Source: Myxococcota bacterium
Lineage (GTDB): Bacteria; Myxococcota_A; UBA9160; SZUA-336
NCBI GenBank assembly: GCA_965247115.1
Contig: CBDFGR010000002.1
Coordinates: 1,856,001-1,920,000, forward strand
Reading direction: 5' to 3'
Length of the DNA stretch: 64,000 nt
Part shown: positions 1 through 10,900 of the stretch, in pieces
How the letters are laid out: every line of letters begins with the position of its first letter
Numbering within the stretch: position 1 is the stretch's first letter
Program-made: the position numbers and the translations under genes
The notes under the pieces: generated by a model
Told to the model about the DNA's origin: nothing
The model's input: the letters and a program-made list of their open reading frames with translations, nothing else
Database searches by the model: none

Positions 1-372
1 ATCCGGCATACGACGCAGGCGCGCGCGATCCTGGGGCCGCAGAAAGCGCTGAACATCGCGCTCCCCTGCTGTCTCACTAGCGACGCCGTCGAGGCGCGGC
101 GCGTGTCGCGCAGAGGGCTCTCTTTTTACGTGGGGCTACCTGCGTATCATCGCCAGTGGCTGACGCTTGGCTACGAGCAAGGGGATTTCGAGAACGGCGG
201 CAGTGACCGGCTGATCGACGACCTGGTGGCCTGGGGAGATGAGGCGCAGATCCGAGCACGCATCGCTGCGCACATGGATGCGGGAGCGACACAGATCCAG
301 CTCATCACCTACAACCCGGAGGGTGGAGCCACCCTACACTGGAAGCTCCTGGAGGCGTTGGCCAGCAGCTAG
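1..372 (+). CDS. LLM-class (F420/flavin-dependent) oxidoreductase, C-terminal part, 5'-truncated by window
   Basis: Frame open from base 1; 'GGSDRLIDDLVAWGDEAQIRARIAAHMDAGAT' is typical of the LLM-family C-terminus. Confidence 0.75.
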   Translation: MRHTTQARAILGPQKALNIALPCCLTSDAVEARRVSRRGLSFYVGLPAYHRQWLTLGYEQGDFENGGSDRLIDDLVAWGDEAQIRARIAAHMDAGATQIQLITYNPEGGATLHWKLLEALASS

Positions 373-1431
373 GAACGCCCCTGCTGGGAGCCTCCTTTGC
401 TCTACCTGGAACTGGTCCCGGGACCAGCTGTCTCGCTTTGTGAAACGCGCCATGTAGGCTGCCCCAAAGTCCTGCAGAGCTGCGTAGTGGTTGTGCCCTC
501 GACATCGGAGCTCGATTCCGTCGACCGAGTGGCGCTTCCTCCTGGCCCATGGATCCCGGTGATGGAACTCGAGGAAGTCGCGTGAGCCGCAGCGCCGACC
601 CTTAGGCGCGACGAATGCACATCGACCCCCGTCTCGTGCAGAGACAGAACGCTTGATGTCCGCCGGGATATGCCGAGAAGCAGTTCCAGGTCTCTGCGAC
701 GCCTTCGTCCGCTTTCGAGGTCTCGACGTGTGGGCGAACTTCTTTCGCTTCGCGTCGTCGACCAACAGGGTGAGCGCTCGATCGAAGATCTCTGCGAGAG
801 CGCCGTCCGGAATCTGGTGGCGCAGCAGCCCCTGTGCCTCACGGAGCTTGTCGCAAAGCGCCTGGCTGCCTGTGAACTGGATCTTATACCGCTTGGCCCC
901 GAGTGGGATCGGAGCAGGACTCGCGCGCCCCTCGACCGGTTGGGCAGGTGCGCATGGTACCAGAGGCGGCGTCTGGACTAAGGCCGGCCTGGAGTCGGGG
1001 AGCCGTCTGATCCTCGTCGGCACGTTCGGCTTCGGCATGCGGTCAGCGAGGAGCTCCTCGATCGCGCGCTTGCTCTTGTGGCGCGTCAGCTCGATCATCT
1101 CCACGTGGTTTTCCGAAGTGAGCATAGGAGCGAGCAGCTTCGCCCCCGCCACGTGAAGCGCACCTTCACGGATTCGTTCTAGCAGCAGCGGGTACGCGAG
1201 TGCGGCTCGAGCAACGGAGATCCGGCGAAACGCCGTTGCCTCCGAGAAGTGGAGCACCTCGGTGCAATAGCCGAACATCGAGGTGCAGCGCTGTTCGAGG
1301 TATAGCCTGCGCCGATCCACTTCCGCCAAGTAGGCGAGCAGATCCGCTTCATTCTGGCGACTCTTCGCTACTAGCGTGTCGAGGGCTTGGAGCAGTGTTT
1401 GATCAGAGAAAGCCTTGAGAGAACTGTCCAT
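334..1431 (-). CDS. DUF222-like/HNH endonuclease
   Basis: Helical N-terminus ('LLAYLAEVDRRRLYL..CTSMFGYC'); C-terminal 'RDGGRC..C..LEFHH..L.CRGHN' HNH/Zn motif. Confidence 0.85.
   Translation of the reverse strand: MDSSLKAFSDQTLLQALDTLVAKSRQNEADLLAYLAEVDRRRLYLEQRCTSMFGYCTEVLHFSEATAFRRISVARAALAYPLLLERIREGALHVAGAKLLAPMLTSENHVEMIELTRHKSKRAIEELLADRMPKPNVPTRIRRLPDSRPALVQTPPLVPCAPAQPVEGRASPAPIPLGAKRYKIQFTGSQALCDKLREAQGLLRHQIPDGALAEIFDRALTLLVDDAKRKKFAHTSRPRKRTKASQRPGTASRHIPADIKRSVSARDGGRCAFVAPKGRRCGSRDFLEFHHRDPWARRKRHSVDGIELRCRGHNHYAALQDFGAAYMARFTKRDSWSRDQFQVEQRRLPAGAFLAAGQRLQELPV
410..429. repeat. Palindrome copy 1 (AACTGGTCCCGGGACCAGCT; perfect 16-bp core 412-427)
   Basis: Read directly; 19/20 identical to copy 2. 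Confidence 0.85.
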
Positions 1432-1686
1432 TGGTTTCTTCCGTATGGGACCGAGAAGATGTGAGACTCGAACGATAGCACGACGTATTTCGGTGTCGGA
1501 GGATCGCCACGCAGAGCGATCGAAAGCGTTTGGGACTTTGGAATCAGAACTCGCTCGAACGACTTGCAGAGGGGCCCCGGCGTCTCGAGGGACGAAACAC
1601 CGGTGCGGAACTCAGCTCGACTCGTTCGAGGTCGGAAAACCTGTCAAGCGCCGGCTCGATCTTTTTTACAAGCAGGTTGCCCACGC

Positions 1687-1706
1687 AACTGGTCCCGGGA
1701 CCAGTT
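1687..1706. repeat. Palindrome copy 2 (AACTGGTCCCGGGACCAGTT, perfect 20-bp palindrome)
   Basis: Read directly. Confidence 0.9.
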
Positions 1707-1721
1707 AGGTGATCGCCCGGG

Positions 1722-2111
1722 TTAGGAGCTCAGGCTTGCGACGATCTGGATCTCGACGAGTGCGCCGAACGCGAGCTCGCTGACGCCGATCGCCGTCCAG
1801 GTCGGATACGGCTCGGGGATGTAGCGATCCTTCACCGCCATGAACTTGGCGATGTGCTCGCCGAAGCCGACGTGATAAGTCGTGATGTCGACCACGTCGT
1901 CGAGTTTGGCTCCCGCCGCCTCGAGCACCGTCTTGACGTTTTCGAAGGCCTGCGCGAACTGCGCCTCGGGATCCTCGAGTGGCGCGCCGTCCGATCCTGA
2001 GCCGATCTGCCCGGAGCAGAAGAGCCGGTCTCCGTCCCGCACTGCAGGAGCAAAGTGGAACTGCTTGTACGTTTCCTCCATTTGCTTCGGTATCACAACA
2101 TCCTTGGCCAT
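1722..2111 (-). CDS. RidA/YjgF family protein
   Basis: 'FAPAVRDGDRLFCSGQIG', 'PYPTWTAIGVSELAFGALVEI'. Confidence 0.9.
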   Translation of the reverse strand: MAKDVVIPKQMEETYKQFHFAPAVRDGDRLFCSGQIGSGSDGAPLEDPEAQFAQAFENVKTVLEAAGAKLDDVVDITTYHVGFGEHIAKFMAVKDRYIPEPYPTWTAIGVSELAFGALVEIQIVASLSS

Positions 2112-2235
2112 ATTGGGTTCCCCTTTGTTCTTGAGGCATCATGATATCAGCGAGCGGGCGAAAGCAGGGGTGTGACTCCGAGCGGGCTCCAGCACATCTT
2201 CGCGATCGATGTGATGGGCCGGAGACGGGAGGGAG

Positions 2236-2901
2236 ATGATGGAGTTCCTCGAGCTGGTTCGGAACGTGCGGGCGATGCGGCGGCTCAAGCCCGATCCCGT
2301 GCCGCTGTCGGTGCTGCGCAAGGTGATCGACGCGGGAGTTCACGCGGCGAGCGGGATGAACTCGCAGCCGTGGGCGTTCGTCGCGGTTCAGGATCCAGAG
2401 GACAAGCAGTTTCTTGCGGATCACTACCGGCGCGCGATCGAGGATCAGTTCGGTGGGCCGGTGCAGGTCCGCGGGGACTCCGAAGCTGCGCGACAGTTGA
2501 GGGCGGTGCGCTACCAGATCGCTCACTTCCACGAGACACCCGTGGTGCTCCTCGTTTGCGGCCTACGCGACTGGCCGTTCGCGGTACCAGACGAGAAGCG
2601 GATCGGGTACGGGCCTCCGAACTACGGCGCGATCTATCCCTGCGTGCAGAACATGTTGCTCGCGTGCCGGGATCTCGGTCTCGGCGCGACGCTGACCACG
2701 ATGCACCAGATGTTCGAGGCGGAGCTGCACAAGCGCTTCGACATTCCCGACGAGTACGGCGTGGTGGTGATGATGCCGATCGGGTTCCCGCTGGGCCGAT
2801 TCGGTCCCGTACGCCGTCGACCCGCAGAGGACTCGACGTACTTCGACCGCTTCGGTGCGGCATCCGCTTCCCGCTGGGGCGGCGTAGTCGATGACACGTA
2901 G
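2236..2901 (+). CDS. Nitroreductase family protein
   Basis: 'RAMRRLKPDPVP', 'ASGMNSQPWAF', 'QNMLLACRDLGLG'; GGAG-rich RBS. Confidence 0.9.
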   Translation: MMEFLELVRNVRAMRRLKPDPVPLSVLRKVIDAGVHAASGMNSQPWAFVAVQDPEDKQFLADHYRRAIEDQFGGPVQVRGDSEAARQLRAVRYQIAHFHETPVVLLVCGLRDWPFAVPDEKRIGYGPPNYGAIYPCVQNMLLACRDLGLGATLTTMHQMFEAELHKRFDIPDEYGVVVMMPIGFPLGRFGPVRRRPAEDSTYFDRFGAASASRWGGVVDDT

Positions 2902-2980
2902 CGCCTCCTGAAGAGCGCTTCGCATGATGCGAGCCACGAGCATGATCTAACTCACGGCCTCAGCAGCGGGCGACGCACCT

Positions 2981-2986
2981 TATAAT
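2981..2986 (+). promoter_or_regulatory. Possible sigma70 -10 box upstream of the TPS operon
   Basis: Perfect TATAAT in a GC-rich background; no clear -35. Confidence 0.3.
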
Positions 2987-3069
2987 GGGCATCCCGCGCG
3001 CAGAGTGGAGTACATCGCTTGACCTCGCAGGGAACGCGCCAGTGTGAGCGAATTTGTTTTGAGCAGGAG

Positions 3070-4941
3070 GTGAGCGCCCCTCGCGCAACATTGCTTGCGG
3101 TCTCCGCGGTGCTGATCTGCGCGATCCTGGTTTCCGCAGACGTCCTCGCGAGTTACCGGCCCGAGTTGCCGGTAGCGACGCCCGCGGACGGCGCCGCGTA
3201 CCTGGTCACCGACGTCCTCCCGCGTTACGTAGAGGAGCATCCCGACCACCCCCCACTGGATTCCGATCTCGAAGTCGAGCTGGGAGAGGTCAGCGACGGC
3301 TACGTTGCTCCCAGGGAGGACGTTCCGAGCGCCAGGATCCGTCTGAAGCGGCACGGGGACCGTGGACCCGTGCGCTACTACGCCTCAGCGTTGGCCGCGA
3401 TCAATCGGTCCATCGTGGGCCATCTCAACCGTCGGGGCCTCGCCGGCATCCGGGTGCAGACAGACCCCAGCGACATCGACCCCGTTACGGGCGAGGATCG
3501 GCGGGCTCCGGGGCAGCGTTCGGTCCACCTCGACATTGCGACCGGCCGCATCAGCGGCCTTCGGGTGGTCGAGGTCGAGGCCTTTGGGCTGAGGGCTGGG
3601 GAGGAGTCCTCCTCGGATAGTCCCTTCCATCGGCGAGTCCTCGAGGGCTCGCCAATCCAGCCGCGCGACTCGGCCCGAGAGGGAACGACGGACCTGCTCC
3701 GCATCGACAAGCTCGAGGACTACGTCGCTCAGCTGAACCGATACCCGAGCCGCGCGGTCGTCGCCGAGATCACCCCTGGTTGGATCACGCCCGAGTCGAC
3801 CTACCTCGACTACAAGATCATCGAAGAGCGGCCGTGGACGCTCTACTCCCAAGTCAGCCGCTCGGGCACGGAAGAGACCCACCGCTGGCGTCAGCGGTTC
3901 GGCTTTCGCCACACACAGCTCAGGGGAGGGGACGACACCCTTCGGGTCGACTACGTCACCGGAGGCAAGTTCAAGGACGTCCACGGATTTCTCGCCTCGT
4001 ACGAATCGCCCCTCCTGGGGCAGAATCGGTTGCGCTGGCAGGCAAACCTCGAGTACGGCGAGTACGACGCGTCGGAGTTCGGGATCACCAACGCAAATCT
4101 CGCGGGGCGCCAGCACGCTGCTGGCCTTCAGCTCATCGCCAACGTCTTCCAGCATCGGCAGCTGTTCGTTGATCTCGTCGGTGAAGTTCGCTGGCAGGAC
4201 TTTGAAGTGGAGGACCAGCTCCGCAATACGGACGGCGATGAAGACATGTTCGTACCGCGGCTAATTCTCCGTTCGGAACGCCGGACCGACTCCACGCGGT
4301 TTCATCTGAACCTGGGGATCGAGCGTTCTCTGGGTGGTGGATCGAGCCTCCGGAAGAGCGATCTGCAACTCCTCGGTCGGGTGGACCCGGATGATCGGTG
4401 GAAGATCTTGCGCTGGGAAGCTGGGCTCTCGTTATTTCTCGAGCCCATCCTAGCTCGCGGGTTGCCTGGTCTCGTCGACGGGAGCAGGCGCGCGCACGAA
4501 GTCTATCTCTCCTCGAGGGGACAGGAGGCCTTCGACAATCGCCTCATCCCGCAGGAGGAGATGATCGTCGGCGGGCTCTACACGGTTCGCGGGTACCCAC
4601 AAGCGACCCTGGCGGGCGATTCCGTAGCGATGGCTTCCGCCGAGTACCGTCTGCATCTCGGACCGCTGCTGCAGCTCAAAGAGCTGCCGTTCGACTGGGA
4701 CCTGGTTCTGAGTGCGTTCGTCGATCTCGCTCGAGTTCGGCAGAGCCAGAAGGTGCCCGGAGAGGTCGAGTCCACACTCTTTGGCTCCGGTCTCGCCGTG
4801 GAGCTGCGAATCCTGAGAAACCTCCGCGTCCGGTACGACTTTGGATTTGCGCTCCGGGACCTCGAGGGTCCTGGCGGGACGCGCGACATCGTCGAAAGGG
4901 GAGATGCCGAGCACTACCTCTCCTTTACGGTTCTGTATTGA
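3070..4941 (+). CDS. TpsB (ShlB/FhaC/HecB family) outer-membrane transporter
   Basis: Signal-like N-terminus, POTRA-like region, 'VGGLYTVRGY' Omp85 motif, C-terminal aromatic beta-signal 'LSFTVLY'; start uncertain (3019 or 3070). Confidence 0.88.
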   Translation: MSAPRATLLAVSAVLICAILVSADVLASYRPELPVATPADGAAYLVTDVLPRYVEEHPDHPPLDSDLEVELGEVSDGYVAPREDVPSARIRLKRHGDRGPVRYYASALAAINRSIVGHLNRRGLAGIRVQTDPSDIDPVTGEDRRAPGQRSVHLDIATGRISGLRVVEVEAFGLRAGEESSSDSPFHRRVLEGSPIQPRDSAREGTTDLLRIDKLEDYVAQLNRYPSRAVVAEITPGWITPESTYLDYKIIEERPWTLYSQVSRSGTEETHRWRQRFGFRHTQLRGGDDTLRVDYVTGGKFKDVHGFLASYESPLLGQNRLRWQANLEYGEYDASEFGITNANLAGRQHAAGLQLIANVFQHRQLFVDLVGEVRWQDFEVEDQLRNTDGDEDMFVPRLILRSERRTDSTRFHLNLGIERSLGGGSSLRKSDLQLLGRVDPDDRWKILRWEAGLSLFLEPILARGLPGLVDGSRRAHEVYLSSRGQEAFDNRLIPQEEMIVGGLYTVRGYPQATLAGDSVAMASAEYRLHLGPLLQLKELPFDWDLVLSAFVDLARVRQSQKVPGEVESTLFGSGLAVELRILRNLRVRYDFGFALRDLEGPGGTRDIVERGDAEHYLSFTVLY

Positions 4942-4955
4942 CGAGAGATCGAGAC

Positions 4956-7900
4956 GTGAGCAGCCAAGACCACAATCGCACGATCGAGAAGCTCGGGCGG
5001 CTCCTCGTTGCGGCGCTGATGCTCACCTGCACGATGTCCACGAGGAGCGCGCTCGCGGGACCACAGGGAGAGTCTGTGGTTGTGGGCTCGGCTACGTTTG
5101 ATCGCTCGACTCCTGACCTGACACTGATCGAGACGCCCGATCGCAGCGTCATCATCAACTACCAGAGCTTCGACATCCTCTCGGAAGAAACGGTCCGCTT
5201 CATCCAGCCGGACGCTGGGTCCCGCGTGCTCAACGAAATCCTGAGCGCGGCGCCAACGTCGATCGACGGCAATCTGCTCGCGAACGGGCAGGTCTACATC
5301 GTGAACCCGGCCGGAGTCGTCTTTGGCCATGGGGCCGTCGTCGACGTCGCTAAACTCTTCGCCGCCGGCGGGACCATCGATCACGACGAATTCCTGCTGA
5401 ACGTCGACCGCTTCACGGACCTGACCGGCGCGGTCAAGAACGAGGGCGCAATCGATGCGGCCGCGGTCCACCTGATCGGTCGCATGATCGAGAACGCGGG
5501 TACGATCGTGGCTTCGGATGGTCTCGTGGTGATGGCCGCGGGTCAGAACGTCTTGATCGGGAGTCCGTCGAGCGGGGTCTTTGTTTCCGTCGGGGGACGG
5601 GGCGAGGGTCCGAGCACCGAGCCTGCCATCCTGAACTCGGGCCGCATCGACGCGGGCGCACAGGGAGCGGTCAGTCTTGTCGCTGGCGATATCTACTCGC
5701 TCGCCTTCCGCCAAGCCGAGACGGGCAGCGTCAGCGCCGCAGACATTCGCATAGAGGGCGGTGATGGAGGTGCCGTAGAAGTCGCGGGATCGTTGGACGC
5801 TTCGAACCTCAGCGAAGGGGGGAAGGGCGGGTCGATCACCGTTCTGGGCGACAAGGTGGGGCTGTTCGGCGACGCGCGGCTCGACGCCTCTGGGGACGGC
5901 GGCGGCGGGACGGTCCTCGTCGGTGGCAACTTCCAGGGCAAGGGCCCGGAGCGCAATGCGGACCTCACCTTCGTAGGACCTGAGGCGAGCATAGCGGCCG
6001 ACGCCATCACGTTCGGCGACGGTGGAGAGGTGATCGTTTGGGCGGACGGGGCCACGAACTTCCATGGTTCCATCAGCGCGCGCGGAGGGGAGGACGGAGG
6101 TGAGGGCGGATTCGTCGAATCCTCCGGTCGCGAGTATCTGAGTGTGACAGGAGCGAGAGTCGATACCAGCGCTCCCGCGGGGGAGTTCGGGATCTGGCTA
6201 CTCGATCCCACCGACATTCGGGTTGTAGCGGATGGAACCGAGGATTCCACCGACTTGACTGACGTGGACAACTTTGCCGACGCGGACTTAGATCAGGCAA
6301 ACAATGAGACCGCTATCGCGGTCAGTGCGGTCGATGGCGCCCTCGCGACCGTGGTGCTCCAAGCCACCAACGACATCTTCTTTGACGTCCCAGTGAACGT
6401 GGCCAGCAGCGGTGTCGGTATCACTGCGCAAGCCGGCAACGACATTACGGTTGACGCAAGCCTGACGACAAACGACGGGAACATCACCTTCTCGGCGAAT
6501 AACCCCGGAGGGACGCAGACCGGAACAGGGGCCATCAATGTCAATGCGGCGATAGATGGAGGTGGCGGCACGATCTCGATGACCACCAATGGCGGCACTG
6601 GAGCCATCAATCTTGCCGCAAACGTCTCGAGTAGCGGTGGCGGGGCCGGGATCATCTTCAGTAGCAATGTCGCTCTCACGAGTAGTCCGATCACGATCGA
6701 TGCGGGCAACAATTTTGTACGCTTCGACGGTCTGGTGGACGGCGACGGAGTTGGCGCGCGGGCATTGGTCGTCAACGCGGCCGGTTCCAGCACGACTCGG
6801 TTCAACGCAGCAGTTGGTTCAGTGACTCCGCTCTTGAGTCTGACGACGAATGCTGGAGGGACGGTACGGATCTCGGCGCCGATCAGCACGTCTGGCGGCA
6901 TGACGTTCCAGGGTCCCGTCGTCGTGGTGACCGATAACACTCTTACAGATACGGGCGGAGTAGGCGTCACGTTCGGCAGCACGGTCAACGGACAATCGAC
7001 TGGAGGACAGGCCCTGACGCTGGACGTGGCGGGAACTACCACTTTCAGCGGAGTCGTGGGAGGTTCGACATCTCTCGCGTCGATCACCACGAATGCTGCA
7101 GGGACGACTGCCATCAACGGCGGATCGATCACGACGACCGGCTCCCAGACCTACAACGATGCGGTCAATCTGGCAGCGGGGACGCAGACGCTCACGGCAT
7201 CTGCGCTGAGCTTCGCGTCGACGCTGGATGGGCCCGGAGCGCTGGACGCGGACGTGGCGGGGGCGACGACGTTCAGCGGGATCGTGGGCGGGACTACGTC
7301 CCTGGCCGCGGTCGACACGGATGCGGCGGGGACGACCGCCATCAACGGCGGATCGATCACGACGGCCGGCTCCCAGACCTACAACGATGCGGTGAGTCTG
7401 GCGGCGGGGACGCAGACGTTGGGGGCATCGGCGCTGAGCTTCGGATCGATGCTGGATGGACCCGGCGGGCTGGACGCCGACGTGGCGGGGGCGACGACGT
7501 TCAGCGGGATCGTGGGCGGGACTACGTCCCTGGCCGCGGTCGACACGGATGCGGCGGGGACGACCGCCATCAACGGCGGATCGATCACGACGGCCGGCTC
7601 CCAGACCTACAACGATGCGGTGAGTCTGGCGGCGGGGACGCAGACGTTGGGGGCATCGGTGCTGAGCTTCGGATCGACGCTGGATGGGCCCGGAGCGCTG
7701 GACGCGGACGTTGCGGGGGCCACGACGTTCGGTGGGATTGTGGGCGGGACAACGTCCCTGGCCTCGATCGATACCGACGCGGCGGGGACGACCGCGATCA
7801 ACGGCGGATCGGTCACCACGACCGGCTCGCAGACCTACAACGATGCGGCGAGTCTGGGCGCCGGGACGCAGACGCTCACGGCGTCCTCGCTGAGCTTCGG

Positions 7901-10900
7901 GTCAACGCTGGATGGACCGGGCGGGCTGGACGCGGACGTTGCGGGGGCCACGACGTTCGGTGGGATTGTGGGCGGGACAACGTCCCTGGCCTCGATCGAT
8001 ACCGACGCGGCGGGAACGACCGCGGTCAACGGCGGGTCGGTCACGACAACCGGCTCGCAGACCTACAACGATGCGGCGAGTCTGGGAGCAGGGACGCAGA
8101 CGCTCACGGCGTCCGCGCTGAGCTTCGGGTCGACGCTGGATGGACCGGGCGGGCTGGACGCGGACGTCGCGGGGGCCACGACGTTCAGTGGGAGTGTGGG
8201 CGGGACAACGTCCCTGGCTTCGATCGACACGGAGCCCCGGGGACGACCGCGATCAACGGCGGATCGGTCACCACGACCGGCTCGCAGACGTACAACGATG
8301 CAGTCAATCTGGCGGCGGGGACGCAGACGCTGGGGGCATCGGCGCTGAGCTTCGGGTCGACTCTCGATGGACCCGGCGGGCTGGACGCCGACGTGGCGGG
8401 GGCCACGACGTTCGGTGGGGCTGTGGGCGGAACAACGTCCCTGGCCTCGATCGACACGGATGTGGCGGGGACGACCGCGATCACCGGAGGATCGGTCACC
8501 ACAACCGGCTCCCAGACCTATAACGATGCGGCGAGTCTGGGCGCCGGGACGCAGACGCTCACGGCGTCCGCGCTGAGCTTCGGGTCGACGCTGGATGGAC
8601 CCGGCGGGCTGGACGCCGACGTGGCGGGGGCCACGACATTCAGCGGGGCTGTGGGCGGGACAACGTCCCTGGCCTCGATGGACACGGATGCGGCGGGGAT
8701 GACCGCGATCAACGGAGGATCGGTCACCACGACCGGTACGCAGACGTACAACGATGCGGTCAATCTGGCAGCGGGGACGCAGACGCTCACGGCATCTGCG
8801 CTGAGCTTCGGGTCGACGCTGGATGGGCCCGGAGCGCTCGACGCCGACGTCGCGGGGGCCACGTCCTTCAGCGGGGCGGTCGGCGGGACAACGTCCCTGG
8901 CCTCGATCGACATGGATGCCCCGGGAATGACCGCGGTCAACGGCGGATCGGTCACGACGACCGGCTCGCAGACGTACAACGATGCGGTCAGTCTGGGCGC
9001 CGGGACGCAGGCGCTCACGGCATCCGCGCTGAGCTTCGGGTCGACGCTGGATGGACCCGGCGGGCTGGACGCCGACGTCGCGGGGGCTACGACGTTTAGC
9101 GGGATCGTCGGCGGGACAGCATCCCTGGCCTCGATCGACACGGATGCGGCGGGGACGACCGCGATCAACGGAGGAGCGATCACGACGGCTGGCTCCCAGA
9201 CCTATAACGATGCGGTGAGTCTGGCGGCGGGGACGCAGACGTTGGGGGCATTGGCGCTGAGCTTCGAATCGACGCTGGATGGGCCCGGAGGGCTGGACGC
9301 CGACGTGGCGGGGGCCACGACATTCAGCGGGATCGTGGGCGGGACTACGTTCCTGGCCTCGATCGAGACGGATTCCGCGGGGACGACGGCGATCAACGGC
9401 GGATCGGTCACGACGACCGGCTCGCAGATCTACAACGATGCGGTCAGTCTGGCGGCGGGGACGCAGACTCTGGCTGCATCGGCGCTGAGCTTCGGCTCGA
9501 CGCTGAATGGGCCCGGAGCGCTGGATGCCGACGTCGCGGGGGCCACGACGTTCAGTGGGATTGTTGGCGGGACAACGTCCCTGGCCTCGATCGACACGGA
9601 TGCCGCGGGGACGACCGCGATCAACGGCGGATCGGTCACGACGACCGGCTCGCAGATCTACAACGATGCGACGAGTCTGGGAGTCGGGACGCAGACGCTG
9701 GCAGCATCGGCGCTGAGCTTCGAGTCGACGCTCGATGGCCCGGGTGGGCTGGACGCGGATGTGGCGGGAGTCACGATGTTCAGCGAGGTCGTGGGCGGGA
9801 CAGCATCCCTGGCCTCGATCGACACGGATGCCGCGGGGTCGACCGCCATCAATGGCGGATCGGTCACGACGACGGGCTCGCAGATCTACAACGATGGAGT
9901 CAGTCTGGCGGCGGGGACGCAGATGTTGGGGGCATCGGCGTTGAGCTTCGGGTCGACCCTGGATGGACCGGGCGGGCTGGATGCGGACGTGGCGGGGGCC
10001 ACGACGTTCAGTGGGATCGTGGGCGGGACCACGTCGCTAGCCTCGATCGACACGGACGCCGCGGGGACGACCGCCATCAACGGCGGATCGGTCGCCACAA
10101 CCGGCTCACAGACCTACAACGATGCGGCGAGTCTGGGCGCCGGGACGCAGACGCTGGCAGCATCGGCGTTGACCTTCGAGTCAACACTCGATGGCCCCGG
10201 CGGCTTGGACGCCGACGTCGCGGGGGCTACGACGTTTAGCGGGACCGTGGGCGGGACCACGTCTCTGACCTCGATCGACACGGATGCGGCGGGGTCGACC
10301 GCGATCAACGCTTCTGTTCGTACGTCTGGCGGCATCATGACGTTCAACGACGCCGTCAGTCTGACCGGTGCGACTACGCTCACGGACACCGGCGGAACGG
10401 GAGTCACGTTTAATAGCACTGTGGACGGCGCGCAGGACCTGGTCCTGGCCGTCACCGGGACCACGACATTCAACGGGGCGGTGGGCGGGACGACACCTAT
10501 CGGCGATGGCGTGGGTCCTGCGCTCACGGTCAACTCGACGGGAGTTACGACGTTCGCAAATACCTTGGCGACGGCGTCGGGTATCACGCAAGCGGACAGC
10601 GCCGGAGCCGTGACGTTCCGGGATCATGTCACGCTGGGGGATGGAGACACCGATTCGACGCTCCTCGCGGACGTGGTCCTGGACGGCTTGACCTTCACGG
10701 CCGACGATCCGGTGACGTTCGGGAGTGTCTCGACCGATCAGGTGACGCTGTCCGGGAGTGCGGTCACGGTAACCACGAGTGACGATGCTGTGACCTTCAA
10801 CGCACAGGTGGACGGGGCGCAGGCTCTCGTCGTAAACGCGGGTACCGGGACGACGAGCTTCAATGCGCTCGTGGGCTCCACGACGCCACTTCTGAGTGTG

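Noticed and set aside
4398..4955. N-terminal extension of the tpsA ORF
   Set aside because: Overlaps tpsB; the signal peptide begins after the GTG at 4956
7010..10310. Possible CRISPR array or DGR-like repeats
   Set aside because: Units are contiguous, in-frame 228-bp coding repeats with no unique spacers; no cas or reverse transcriptase gene in the window
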